From Phoronis australis (Eukaryota > Animalia > Phoronida): a DNA stretch of 64,000 bases. The notes beneath the pieces were generated by a model. That model ran no database searches. It was given only the letters and a program-made list of their open reading frames with translations, and was not told where the DNA came from. This document shows, one piece after another, positions 1 through 13,000 of this stretch. Numbering within the stretch: the stretch's first letter is position 1; each line of letters begins with the position of its first letter. Made by a program: the position numbers and the translations under genes. Location: positions 1 through 64,000 of the forward strand of contig NMRA01000904.1 in the NCBI GenBank assembly GCA_002633005.1, read 5' to 3'.

Positions 1-311
1 CAATATTTATCAATTAAGTCAAAATTTAATAGCTCAATAACACAAATGGTGATGTTTTCACATACAAATTCACTTTAGTATATTTGTGATACGAAAACCA
101 TTTTTTTGGTTTTTTTGGTAACATGCAAGACGTACGAAAATAATACTTTCCATCATTTACACATACAAATTCACTTTAGTCCATTGCAGAACACTCATTT
201 TTCCCAATGAATTTGTGATACGAACACTGTTTTTATTACTGATTTTAATGCCTGGCTATTTCTCACTCTCTTTGTAATACCACCTGTAAATACAACACTG
301 ATAAGGCATGC

Positions 312-3076
312 CTTGTTCAAATTGTAGACATAGCATCGAGTTCCGAAAAATCCTGCTGTCGTGCACACTGCCAGGCCACTTGGCAACACAATTTGTTATT
401 CGAAAATTTGCATCACAGCACATCTAAAAAAATTTGTTCATTAATTATATGTTGTTGTTTAGTTTGGTGAAAAATACGGATTTGCAGAGGGCGCTTACTC
501 TTTCGGTGATATTATCTGGTTCTGTTGAGATTTTCTTCCATTGAAGTTCGGCCTCAAAAGTGACCCATGTTACGTTTCTGAAGGATTTTTATCACCTTTC
601 GTCAAGAATGATTCAAAATCCTGAGTCTAGTTTTTCTAACACTCATACTAATAAAAGGGACTCGACCAATTCATTTCCTCGCACTTTTCGATGAGGGATT
701 TGACGCCGCTGACCCGCCTGTATGTACACCCGTCATTCACAACATCATGTGAAGTTGGAATATCTGATTAAAATTCCAACAACAATTCTTAAACTCAAAA
801 GGATTTTACACCAACTTCTAGTTAATATTCACATGCATAAGTTATACATTTGAAGGAAATTAGAATTCTCACGTCATACGGTGCATTAAAAAAGACTCAA
901 AACACACTTTTCATACCAAAAATATTGGTGCAGTGGCCACCACACCTGCCCGATTGGCTCTACTACATGTGAATAATCTATTCATTTATTCAATTTCATA
1001 GCACAGCAGTGGGCTTTCCCCAATTAAAGACCTATTTTACATTTCATGACAATTTTCTTGGCTAGAAAGTTATAATTCTCTTATGCCAAAAATATGTACT
1101 ACTTTGAATTTCATTATATTCATAAAATTAATGATAGCATCTGAGAGAGATCTAAGCTAAATGTAAGTAGGCCTACCATAGACGTAAACGATTCTCTTGG
1201 TTCTATTAATTGTATGTAAAAGTGTTCAAACAATAACTTGTCGTAACATGATGAACTTAATTTAAACATTAAGTGTATATATAAAGGGAAAAGAGAGACT
1301 GCAGCAAAACAGAGTGGAAAAGTGGTTCTACAAATTTTAGCACATTGGATTTACCTGGACATTAACACTATGGAACATCTTTCTGTTCACAAAGACATGT
1401 GAATTTCCCTCTGCCGGTTTCTGAATTCTGATGTGGGTACAATCTATTGCACCTAACACATTCGGGAAACCTGTGATAAAATCGAATTAAAAAATGTCAT
1501 CAACAATGAATGTATGTATCACGAGTGTTATATCAAAATCAGTAAAGGCGAAATGATCTCGGGTTAATAGGACTGTATGGAACACAAACCAAGCAAACAT
1601 TTTTTAAAATAAACTGTATGTTATGATTAAAAAATGCTACATCATAACCATTACTAGAGAGCTTCTGCTACAGGTACAACACAAATAATAGGTCCAACCT
1701 GGGGCAATTCAATGAACAAAATGCAAAATTGATTGTTTTGAAAAGAACATAGTGTCACTTAGTTGTACTTTTTGGCTACCTCTCAGTGCCACTTTCTCAG
1801 AATTCCGATATGTTAAAAGTGTCTCAGCAAAGTAGCAATATACTGGGCGGTGGAGTTTGTGAGCTGCGACCGTCAGCTACTGGGTCCCAGCTAGAAGACT
1901 GAGAGACAGTGCTGTAGTGGGGTGTAGGCGCATGTAGGTGCAGCCAACCATAGCGCCTACGCACCGTAAGTTACGTTCAGTGCTCGAGGTGATACGGTGG
2001 GCTTTGGGCGCCTACTTACCTCTAATTTTACCACTACAGGACTGCTGAGAGACTTGCCGGAAACAGAGGGGTCCGAGCAATGGAAGTGACATTGCCCCGC
2101 AAAAGCTATCTAAAAATTGAAGTCCTAAGTTGTCTTTTCTGACACCAAAAATGACATTGACGAGCCTCAAAAAGAAACTGTGGCTCCTGTTTGTTGTGGG
2201 TATTTCGTATCAAAGTATCTCTTTCTGTTCTTTTCATTAAACACTGCCTTTTTCTGTGCCACCCATGATTATTACCGCCTGTTGTGGCTGGGAAATGAAT
2301 CTATCAGAAACATTGCAAGTCGACGAGACACACGATAGTCACTAGTGCCTTGTGGATCAGAACAGAGGTCATGTTTCAAACATTGATCCGAATAAGGCAA
2401 ATGCACTACGTGACATTTGTCTTATGGTTGACTTAACTTTCTAAAAGTGTTAAAGGGATCACATTTAACGAACTTTCACGATAAATTGACAACAAAACTC
2501 ACGATGACGAAGCCATCTCTGCCCACGTTGTCCGGCAAATTTACAAACTTATAAGCAAACAACGACGCCCACAAGCGTTAGCGTTCGTGTTTAACGTGTG
2601 GCCGAAAATCCCGCTCTCACTCTCAGTAAATAACAATTAAGAAATGATCCATATTTACCTGACAACTCAGAAAACCGGCACTTGGTTATTCTTGCACTAT
2701 CTCCCGTTGGAAATGCCACAAAGTGGCCGGCGGTCTTTATCAGAGCACAGCAAACTTGACGGATTGCTCGTCCCACTGTCGATTTTGCATACATTAGAGA
2801 TTCCCCGATGAGGGTGTAATGAGAGCCTGAGGCGAGGAAGCGGAGGGTCAGGAGGAGTTTGTAAAGAGGCGGTAACGATGTGTTGCTGTGGTATTGGTTT
2901 ATATTGATTAGATTTAATATGAAGACTACTATAGTGTTGGGTACGAAGCGGTACCTACGGAATACTTCCTCGCTACTCAGGCTCTCCAACGGGTTTTGTC
3001 GGTCTGGAAGTGGTCTTCGTATCGCAGCTGCCCTTTCTCTGCCTCTATTTCTTAAATAATGTCTAACGTCTGCCAT
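312..3076 (-). CDS. Harbinger/PIF DDE transposase (HARBI1-like), spliced, 3' part missing from window; exons 3076-2659, 1470-1355, 423-312
   Basis: Exon1 ...[33 protein letters not shown]. Exon2 (G)[31 protein letters not shown]. Exon3 [26 protein letters not shown]. The first two introns are GT-AG with matching phases (1, 0). Motifs are the DDE_Tnp_4 hallmarks. Confidence 0.9.
1907..2044. mobile_element. 138-bp hAT-type MITE in Harbinger intron 1
   Basis: TIR CAGTGCTGTAGTGG / CCACTACAGGACTG; perfect 8-bp TSD CTGAGAGA at 1899-1906 and 2045-2052. Confidence 0.85.
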
Positions 3077-3084
3077 TTTTTATT

Positions 3085-3418
3085 TTCGAGTGCGATTTCA
3101 AGTACGCTAGCTTAGCAAACTTGACATTTGGAGTCAAAACTCCAAATTTCGAGTCAAAAAATTTTCGAGTCTGACATTAGGCACGCCTATTTCGAGTTTG
3201 GACTCCAGTCGAGTTGAAAATGAGATTCCGAGTTCGAGTTCGAGTCTGACATTAGGCACCGGGCCCAGGTTGTCACTGCTACCGCTTACTTGCTGGATTC
3301 ATCAGCATCGTCCTTACCAACATGTCGGTCACCTCCTCTTTATCNTGGACTCCAGTCGAGTTGAAAATGAGATTTCGAGTCCGAGTTCGAGTTCGAGTCT
3401 GACATTAGGCACCGGGCC
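3085..3418 (-). mobile_element. Harbinger terminus (GGCCCGGTGCCTAATGTCAGACTCG...) with TTCGAG subterminal repeats, present twice across an N at 3345
   Basis: Ends ACCGGGCC at 3265 (followed by CAG) and at 3418 (followed by CTG); CWG is the usual animal Harbinger target. Confidence 0.8.
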
Positions 3419-3620
3419 CTGGACTTCGATCTCTAAACAATCATTGCGGAATCTTCCCTTGCTGAATTTTCGAGAGTGCCTGCATATGTCAAACAGGCAA
3501 ATGGTCTTATAGCGTATTAGACTCTCTTTTCGTTTTGGTTTATTAATGACCTCTCTGATAACGTGTCATTTAGCACGTGACTTTATGCAGATGACTCGGC
3601 AATTGTTTATTCTCTGCTAA
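3419..3620 (+). mobile_element. CR1/L2-like LINE reverse transcriptase fragment
   Basis: FINDLSDNVS..(L)YADDS-like motif; clearly homologous to 34064-34250. Confidence 0.7.
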
Positions 3621-4039
3621 AATTGTCGAAATCACCGATCATAATCTATAGCCAAAATGGAAGATGGACAATTTTTCAGAAGATGCTGGTGTTCCATATA
3701 AACATTCCAGTTATTTTAATGGTTTTAAAAAAACATTTCAACTGGGTGTTCAAATAAACTACATGTATACTGAATATCAAAACAGTCTGTGTTGTTATGT
3801 CATGGTCTCACCATTTGCCTGATGCTCTCGTGCAGTCACTCCCAGGTTTGAATACGCTTAATGTTATAGAACACTTTCCCAATAGCGGAGTTGCAACCGA
3901 ATCGATTTAACGATTGCGCATGTCCGGAAATTAGGGTGCGCAAAGACTACTGGGATTGTTGATGGTAAACGGGATGGCCGACTGGTTTGCACGACGTGTA
4001 ATTTGTGTGCATTAAACTACGCTGTTGTATGTAATTCTG

Positions 4040-4580
4040 CCGCTATTCGCAATAATTAGCGCCCATGGCTCAACAAGTGCCCCAACGCGTTTTCAGACTT
4101 TGCTAAAGTAAGCGCCCAGCCCATGAACTACGTGCGAAAAATGCCCTTACCTACAGTTCTAACGTCTCCAATTTATCAATTGAAATATCCGACAGCCTGA
4201 ATTTGTAACGGACCACGAGCCTCACCGTTATGTCCGTACACTTCAAACTTACGCCGCGATTCAAAAAGAACGCAGAAGTTTTGCTGCTCTTGCGAGGGAT
4301 GTGCCCCACTACGCGGGTCTGGACTTTGAGAACAGACACAGCGTACCTGTCAAAGAGCGGGATTGCATTGTTTCTTTCCAGTACAGATCTTCTCCGGCCT
4401 CAAACTTCTTTGTGCATGTGAAAACCGTGAATCGAAGACTAATAAAAAAACTCGACCAGTGTTAGCACGCGACCAAGAAGCGCGCTGCATAATGTACCGA
4501 CTGTCATCGAAGATTAATCGGGTAACTAAATATAGCATCGGCAAATAAATGTTCAATTTGGCACTAATTTCCGAAAGTTT
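4040..4580 (-). pseudogene. Degenerate HIRAN-like domain fragment inside a small non-autonomous DNA element
   Basis: Frameshifted IHGFHMHKEV*...GEDL...NP..DRYAVSVLK..VVGHIPRKSSKTSAFFLNRG; weak inverted ends AATTAGCGCCC / GGCACTAATT. Confidence 0.6.
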
Positions 4581-5494
4581 CCAATACCGTAAAAAGCTTC
4601 TGCATTATTTTTAAGAGAAATTATTTAACTAATCATAATTGGTGTTTTTAAGGTCAAAATGACCCACTTCGCACCCTTACACCCCAAATCTTCCAGGAAA
4701 TAGCTGTTACACTACGGTCACGCATCAACTCACCCGGCGACTCACTGAGTGACATGTCGGTCTTACCGAAAAAATTCTCGAACGTTTTTAGCAGATGAGG
4801 CAGCAAGTGCTAAGCCGTAAATATTAAAACACGCTCTGCTTGACTGCTTGACTTATTTTTTTTGGATACAATGCACACCTAGATCATTACATTACTCTGG
4901 CAAATGAACTCTGACAAGCACACGCACGCTTACTCTCACACAAAGGCATGCAAACTTCAAAACAAACGTCACGTGACAACAACATGTGTTCCCACAGAGA
5001 TTTTTCTCGGGTTGCGTGCTACAATCTAGCGTAGATTTGGACTTAAGTACTAGTCCACGAGAGCACCAGCCATGAGCGGCAAGGTGGGGGTCAGCCGATT
5101 TTCACCAAATTTGGCACATAGGTAGTCCTATGGGATCTATAAACAGCGGTAAAATATTTCCTCAAAATATTGCGTTTTTCTAAAGTTATAGGCTCAAACA
5201 CATTTTACGGCTTCGCAGCCATGTTTTCACGGTATAAAAACTGTCCAGTTTTAACTGTTCATATTTTTCCTTGAATGAAAGCTATTGATTTATTATTCAC
5301 TGGGCATTGTTTAGTGGTGCCTGTAGATTGTTACACAGATGTCTTGAAACACGATTCCGATNNNNNNNNNNNNNNNNNNNNNNNNNNNNNNNNNNNNNNN
5401 NNNNNNNNNNNNNNNNNNNNNNNNNNNNNNNNNNNNNNNNNNNNNNNNNNNNNNNNNNNNNNNNNNNNNNNNNNNNNNNNNNNNNNNNNNNNNN

Positions 5495-5625
5495 CTTTGC
5501 TACCAGCTCTACCGATGTCTCTGACCCATGTTTAACGCAGTTCTTGATCCTTGGGAAACAGGTAGTAACTATTTTTTTTATTTCGCTAACTGGTATTATA
5601 GCATGCCAGGCACACAACACGTATA
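5495..5625 (-). pseudogene. THAP zinc-finger remnant (transposon derived)
   Basis: YTCCVPG/CYNTS*RNKKNSYYLFPKDQELR*TWVRDIGR with one frameshift and stops; runs into the N gap. Confidence 0.7.
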
Positions 5626-8600
5626 ACCTCCCTGAGGCCGGTTCGCCCCCACGCTTGCCGACGTACTTGTTTACCAGCTTAACCACAATGCAACATTCTG
5701 ACCCATTTCCAATATGGCGGCGTTGCAACTCCGCTATTACACATGTATGTAGGTAAAACGTACGCTGTAGACCTCCAAAGTGACGACACAGCGTGAATTC
5801 AAAGATAACGACAAACAGTCGAACAGCTCAATGTGTAAGAATGTGCAAATCAAGCGTTGACTAACATATGTGAATCTTCCATTAAATTAGACACGTGTCT
5901 CTAGAAACTTCGAAAAAAGGTGTTTTCAAGTTGTTCAACGATGTATTTAATTGGTCATTAGAGTCAAGTAAAGGAATGACTTTTCGGAGATAACTTGAAA
6001 TCTCGTCTTACTTACTCTTGAGTGTCAATTTATCATTTTCAAGCTATGATGGTGAGCTTGTGTGAGGATTGAAACAAGATTTAGGTAAAAGCGGGATCGG
6101 ATGACAACACTAACGAAAATACAACAAAACAACGCAAAACTTACAGCGTTTCTAAATATGAGCGCCGACCTAAAATTTCATAAAACAACAGAACTAACGT
6201 ACATGTAAACAGTGCCCTCCTTACCTTAAACTTTCGAAATCCATGCTGAAATGTTCGTTGTTTGCAGTTGTAGTAGAGCAATAGGATTCTATTGTTCAAT
6301 CATAACAATGGAATTGAAAGAAGAAATCACGAAAAGGAAAGCACTATAGAGTGGACATCGGGTGAAATAGAATGAAACATTTAGAGGTCTACGACGATTG
6401 CAAGAACACTAACGACATCGGCAACCTTGACACCAATGTAACGAAACCATCAAAAATATATTGAGGATTCAATTAATGAAAGGTAATCGTCAAATCAGAA
6501 AACCTTGAATAACTCGGGAGTTTATCTAGAAACCGATGACGCACTACAGATATATCTACATACTATATTTCTGAAAATGACGTCCATGGATCGAGGAGAT
6601 CTAGAATTCCGCAATGAATTATTCGAAAGATGGACGGCACAGAGCCACCATGCGTTGAATTTCTACCAAAACAATAGGCCTCGAACATTTTATGAGATAC
6701 ACAATGTGTTTTATTCCACAACGATCAAACAAGAAATGGCACCTTATCGTAGAACGAGTATGGTAGACCAACAAATGTACAGCTAGGAATTAATCAAAAG
6801 CAACCATTCATATTTCTGACTACATTGTATTTAATCTCGACCAATGTGCTACATGTATGACAAGAGAAACAAATCAAGTAAACAGAAGCCATTGGATAAA
6901 ATCGAATAACTCGAAAACAATAGGTTGCAGCGATCAACGGAAAACATGCACTGGACAGCTGCTCACAAGTCAAATTTCAGAAATAATCATTCAAGGACGG
7001 TAGAGACATGGCTCAGAAAATCGAAAAGTCGCAACCGCTGCATCATGTGGTGCCGATTTCAAGACTGCTAGCCTACAACAGCTGTACGATGGTAAGGGTT
7101 TCAAACAGCAGCGTGTGAAGTTTGGCGATCCCCACGGCGAGTTTTTAGTGGATGCATCTCTCTCTACTCAAATGCATGTGCCATAGAATAAAGTAAAAAA
7201 GATGAAACATGAAATAGAGACCTTATACAATAAACTACAAATCAGTAACAAATTAAAAAATGATTTCTACTAATAATGTGGATACCCGGGCTGTCGCCCC
7301 CCCTTCTACATGTATACTGGTCCTAAAGGAAAGCATTACCACAATATCTCAAAAGTCACCTATTCGGAACACCCCGGTTGTAATAACATTATGGGTTACG
7401 TGGGTGAATGTCTTATCCTAGATTGCACATGTCGTTCACAACATTAGCGATATCACTTCGAGTTTAAAACGTTTGCAGTTAGCACATAAGTGTCATCAAG
7501 CGCTAACTTGGACCATTCGCTCGTCTGCGTAAACCATAATCCCTTTACATGTACAGTGGAGAGCAGAAAATAAGGACACTTATCTTGAGCTCAATGTTCA
7601 AATAGAAGAGGTACTCTCACAAATAAATTCGAGTTCGATTTCGAGTCTTGAGATTAAACTCTGCGACATGATGCATATTGGGTGGTTGCAAAATTCTGTT
7701 ATCACGGGACAATCCTTAGGCATTTTAATGTATTCTGAATATTGATCACATGACTTTCTGGTAGTATTATTATGTTCGCGCATTCACAGACCGCATCCAG
7801 TACAACTCGTGTACTTCCGTAACCTTGAGCTTCCTTGCGGAAATAAACGTTACCTGCAGGTGGGGCGACCATCAGTGACACAGCCAATCATTCTTAAGTT
7901 TGAATAACATACGACTTGCCGCGTGCCAGAAGTTCACACACACGCAGATAAAAGTTCACCGAGGGGAATTCGAGGCTACGAGAATACCCGATGAAACAAT
8001 CGACTTTCACCAAATGAAATTAGAAATAGACAACCGTGTGGAGGTATTAATAACCTTCTTTATAACTGCAGGAGCAATTTTGTTATTGGTATTTTGATCG
8101 TCAAAACTTGACTAATACCACATTACGCGATGGAGAAATGATTCTTAACAAAAATGGCGTCGCACAAGTTCAACAAATTCCTTTCCAATTCTCACTCAGC
8201 ACATTGGCAGCAAAAAAATTCACTTTAGGAAGCGTTGCTTTTGCAACCATTTGTATCAAATGGATGAGAATCATGAAAGTGGCTTTCAGTTTCCATTCTT
8301 TCTCCAAGAAAGAAATGCTTCAAAATCACTAAACCGTATTAGTTGCTTCTAAGGCTACAGGCAATCCTGATATCTCTCAGTGTCTCAAACTACATACGGG
8401 CACCTCTCTCTCGACCTCATTTTCAATAGAATATTAGCACAATATAAACACATTTTGTCACCGAAAAATTCTCCAATTTTCAAAAAGATGACAAAAATTA
8501 TTGTATATATAGTTCGTCACTGACCGATCCACGATGTCATATGTGGTGATGCTCTGCGGGAAAATGTCGGCGTCACCCCTAAATTCGGTATGGTGACGGT

Positions 8601-10068
8601 CCTGTTGACCGGTTTTGTAACGGCAACCTATGGGGCCCGTAAAACTACCAACGTGTTTTCTATACTAATCAAATCTCAGAAAATTTCAGTTTTCTTTTCA
8701 CCGATTCACCAAGGTTTGCTGCAATATGGGAAGTGCAAAATTCCACGTACACGTATGTACCAAAACGTTTACTTACTTAATGCTTCAGGATTGTCTGGTT
8801 CAAGCGTCTCAGTTTCTGTTACCGTGTGGGGCAGCTGCAAACAGAGATATGATTAGTTTCCGGGTCCTTAGTGCCGTGGGCACCGTTTCTCTCATAACCT
8901 GATAAGGAAGTCAATTCGGCATTTTGCTCCAAGCCAGACATTGCCTACTCGATTTCTATGTTTGCGTTTATTGTTCAATTCGTGTTATCAAACACAAAGA
9001 GCCTTATCCGTTAAAAACAGATAAATCAACCTATCACGTAGTCGATGTTTCTAGGATGTCACAGGAGGAACATGTAGTGCAAAATCACGACTGCGTATTA
9101 AGGTTTCACTGTTTTGATAATTTAATTCCACTTACCATTACGGGTCCAAGCTGTTGTGGGGGGCCCACTGTCAGAAAGCGAGGATCTTGAGGTGGCAATG
9201 AGAATTTTTCATCTTTATTTTCTTCCGCAACCTCTCTGAAAACCATACTGAACTGTACCCGATATTACGAAGAATAACGAAAAAAATTTTAAGTGAAATC
9301 CAAGCCAAAATAATAGTTCTCGCCAAAAATAAACTTGCAAACCCACAAAAATAAAAAACAATCTTTTTGCCAAAATTCTCATACACTTCTCGTCTTTTCA
9401 GTAAAAAGTAATGTGACGAAAATGTTTGATCATCCATTAGAAGGTGTTTGGTTCTTCTTGTAAGAAATAAATATTTAAATGGTAGTTGGAAGTTATGTCG
9501 AACCCTAAAATATCCATATATGGGACATTGCTTATCCGCTTAATGGCAACTTTGAGATGCTTCGATTTATACACAATTATCTAAACGCACAAACAAACAG
9601 TGTACCTAAAATGTTCAACTTTTGAACAAAACGCTGCCAAAATGTACGACTCTTACAAGATGAGTTTCAAGCTATATAACATGAAAAGGGAATGGCATGT
9701 AAGAAAACGGTGATGGCGTGTTGGGATTTAATCTTGAATGACCTTATCAATTTAAAGTTGATGTTGTTACTGATACCGACCCAGCACGACGAAATGAGTC
9801 TTAAGTCGGAAACTCTATTTCCTGACCAGACTGCAAACAGTCGCTTTCGGTGAAAATTAGGTCAAAATCTTTTTATTGCAGATTATGATTACTATTATAT
9901 TCATTCTACTTCAAGAAACATTACTTTTAAACAATCAAACTTCATTTTAAACCTTCTTTATTTCATTTTGAAAANNNNNNNNNNNNNNNNNNNNNNNNNN
10001 NNNNNNNNNNNNNNNNNNNNNNNNNNNNNNNNNNNNNNNNNNNNNNNNNNNNNNNNNNNNNNNNNNNN

Positions 10069-13000
10069 AAAAAGCGTCTCCAGCAAAACAAAAACGGCCC
10101 CGCCAGCGTGTGTAAACCCCAAGTAAACCAACTTGGAAAAAATTGAGAGGGGGGTTCACTCTGAAAATATAGCTTTTTGCATTGTGAATTGCTGAGTCTT
10201 TGTGGCTCATCGGCAAAACGAGCGGGGATATATTGTGCGCGCGCTTCCGTCGACACTTCTGAAGTAGCCAAGCATTTTAGATGGATTCACCGCTGAAAGA
10301 GCAGTTCTATAGCTGATTTCTTTAGGTAACTAGCTACTTTACTCTAAGATATGTTTTAAATTGATTAGGGGAAATACTGCGGTGCCGCAACCCTGATATT
10401 CAGGCGAATTGACGTGCAACGTTTTTACCTCATCTGTTATGTCGTGTCATTATATTACAATCCACACGTTTGTAACTGATGTATAGTAAAGTTGTCTTGA
10501 GCAATATCATGCAGTGTACATGTACATGTTATATTGTGTACATCTACATGTAATATTTTTGGAAAAAATTTCTTTTTCCGAAGAAGTGCTATTGTGGCGG
10601 GCGCCGTGGTATGAGTCCGTTTGAAGACACACTCTATAACAAGTTATGTCTATACAAGGACTGACCAAGGGGGCACTCACATTGAGAAAGTGACCGCATT
10701 CGCGAAAAGTGTACAGAACCAGAAATTGCGGGGAGGCTGTTCCTTCAGAACAAAGTCTTGCGGGACTTGTGCGATGTTAAATAGACCTCCTAAGGAGCCC
10801 TAGTTCCGACCTCAACACCTACCGTCTGTCTACCTGCAATAAGCAGACTGCTGTCTTCTATACTGGGAATTTCCGCAGAAAGGCTCACCCGATGAAACGC
10901 TCATGCCCATGGGCATTTATTTGATATTAGTACTTCGGGTTTCAAGCGTCCAGACATTGGGACGTTTATTTCGAAAATTGCCAGAGATGCAAATAGGTCC
11001 TGGGATGCTTCGTCAAGGTTTGAAGTAGTCCATGATGAACGGATCAATTTTAGTTGCGCACGTAAGTATTTCGAATGAACTTGGCAACCTCAAGGGTCTT
11101 AGTGTCAACTGAGCTGCGAAACGAGATGCTGACATTGTAGAGGCTTACAACAAGGAGTGTAGTAGTATAGGAGAGTTCACTTGTGAGTTCGCTGTTACCG
11201 CTACTACTAGCGCCGCCAAGTGGTGAACAAGCTACGGTCAACCAGGAAGCGCCAAAACAATGGGGACGGACGCATTTTGCAGTGCGATAAATTGCATGAA
11301 TTGATCCACGAAAACCCCACACGTGTCATTTTGTAGGTTTCCTAAGGATCCAGAAAGGTAAGGATTATCTGTTATTCAATAATATGATACATTGTCTTTC
11401 ATTTTGTGTGTTCTGTTCACGGTTGTTAGACAAGTCGATCGCAGTCCCGGTGCCCGGCACTGTCTGTTGTCTGCAGTGTAGGCTAGACCTACTGGGCAGC
11501 CGGCGGAAGAGGACTATGATTAACGTACGATGTGATCGTCAGCTTTTTGGATACTTGCAGTCCATGTATTCCAAATCAAAATGTCACTCTAACGATCGCA
11601 GGGATAATTTTAGGAAAACATTCCCATGGCCATGGGTGAATATGAATCGTGGTGACACGGCCATGGCACAATCACAGCCACAGGCCACAGGGCCTTTTAA
11701 GTCTTTCATTAGTCAAGTCAGAGAATCTGTGGGTCTCGGTGAAAAGTTGTGCAGCCCTTAAAATATCCGTGGATCGACATTTGAGTCCTAGTTTTTTTAG
11801 TTGACACCAAGACGCTTTTGTCTCTATCACAATCACAGTACGACAGGACTTCTGTAGTGTAGTTTAGTGTAGGCTACCAGTCTCTGTGAACCTGGTGAGT
11901 ATGAGGTTTGTTCCTGAGTCTCTCATTGATTTCTGTTCAGGTGCAAGCACTGGGAGCCGACCTTATGAATAGAGTGCATCCTACTTGTCCAAGAACTGCA
12001 ACTTATGCTCTCATCACTTCGAGGAGTCCATGTTGATGAATGAAGAACAAGCTGGTATTGAATGCAGTGCCCGAGCAGTATTTGATGTCCCCAGTCCACC
12101 AAAAATGAAGACGTCAAAAAGTTCTACGGAAATTATGTTACAGCTGTGGAATAGGCTTTTTGCATTTCTGATTATCGTCTCACAAAGCAAGTACTGGAAC
12201 ATCACGTGTAGAAAGGACAATTAGTCAAAATCTGGTATTCGTATTTTACTAAGGTTGATCAGATTGAAACATTTTATGAATGGTTAGCCTGTGATTTGAA
12301 GAGAGCCAAAGTGAAACTGATGGGTCTTTTAGAGTCTGAATGGTGGGCTGACATTTTGTTAAACCCAAGCTATCCATATCATTTTGCTTCTCAATGACAC
12401 TGAAACACCTCTGTGAGTAAATTAGTTATCAGCTTCAACGCATTTCGTTGGCAAAAAGAGCTGTTGTTTTCTAGTGAATAGAGAGTGAGAAGGTTGGTTA
12501 GATTTTCTTGTTGTATTGGTGTATGTGTTGCCTATTTTGTACGTTTTTGGAGATTGTGATTAATTTAAGCTCCAGTTGTGGCTAAGTAACAAATATGATC
12601 TTGTGGTCTAGCTTTAGCTTACCTGAAATATTTACTGTTATTGATAATATGAACAGTGGGTATAGAAAATAAAAATTTTAGTTTTATCATCCATTAAAAG
12701 TCTTTTTAATTCAGTTTTGTATGAAGTTGTGTGGCTAGTGAATATTTTGATTGCTGTTCAGCACCTCTTAACTTTTTTGTCATGACATTTTGAGCTTGGA
12801 CTGGTTATGGTGGGGATATACTCAATGTGGGGGGGGCTCGAATTCCCGACGATGTAGACCTTTTGCTAACAAGTGAGTGGGCGGACTAAAAAAAAAAAAA
12901 GGGGACCACCACTGTGAATTGCGCGTTTCCGTTTCTTTAGTGGACTTTTGTCCCATTTTCTCGGACTTTTTGTCTCGTTCAAGCCCCCCGGAGCCCCCTG

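Noticed and set aside
1750-2420. Possible Harbinger Myb/SANT partner gene inside intron 1
   Set aside because: No sustained frame or Trp-repeat motif; interrupted by a MITE
3085-3420. TTCGAG(T) repeat arrays here and at 38580-38730, 39700-39950, 62010-62200, 63440-63598 as CRISPR-like arrays
   Set aside because: Irregular short subterminal repeats of Harbinger ends; no constant repeat/spacer period; eukaryotic context
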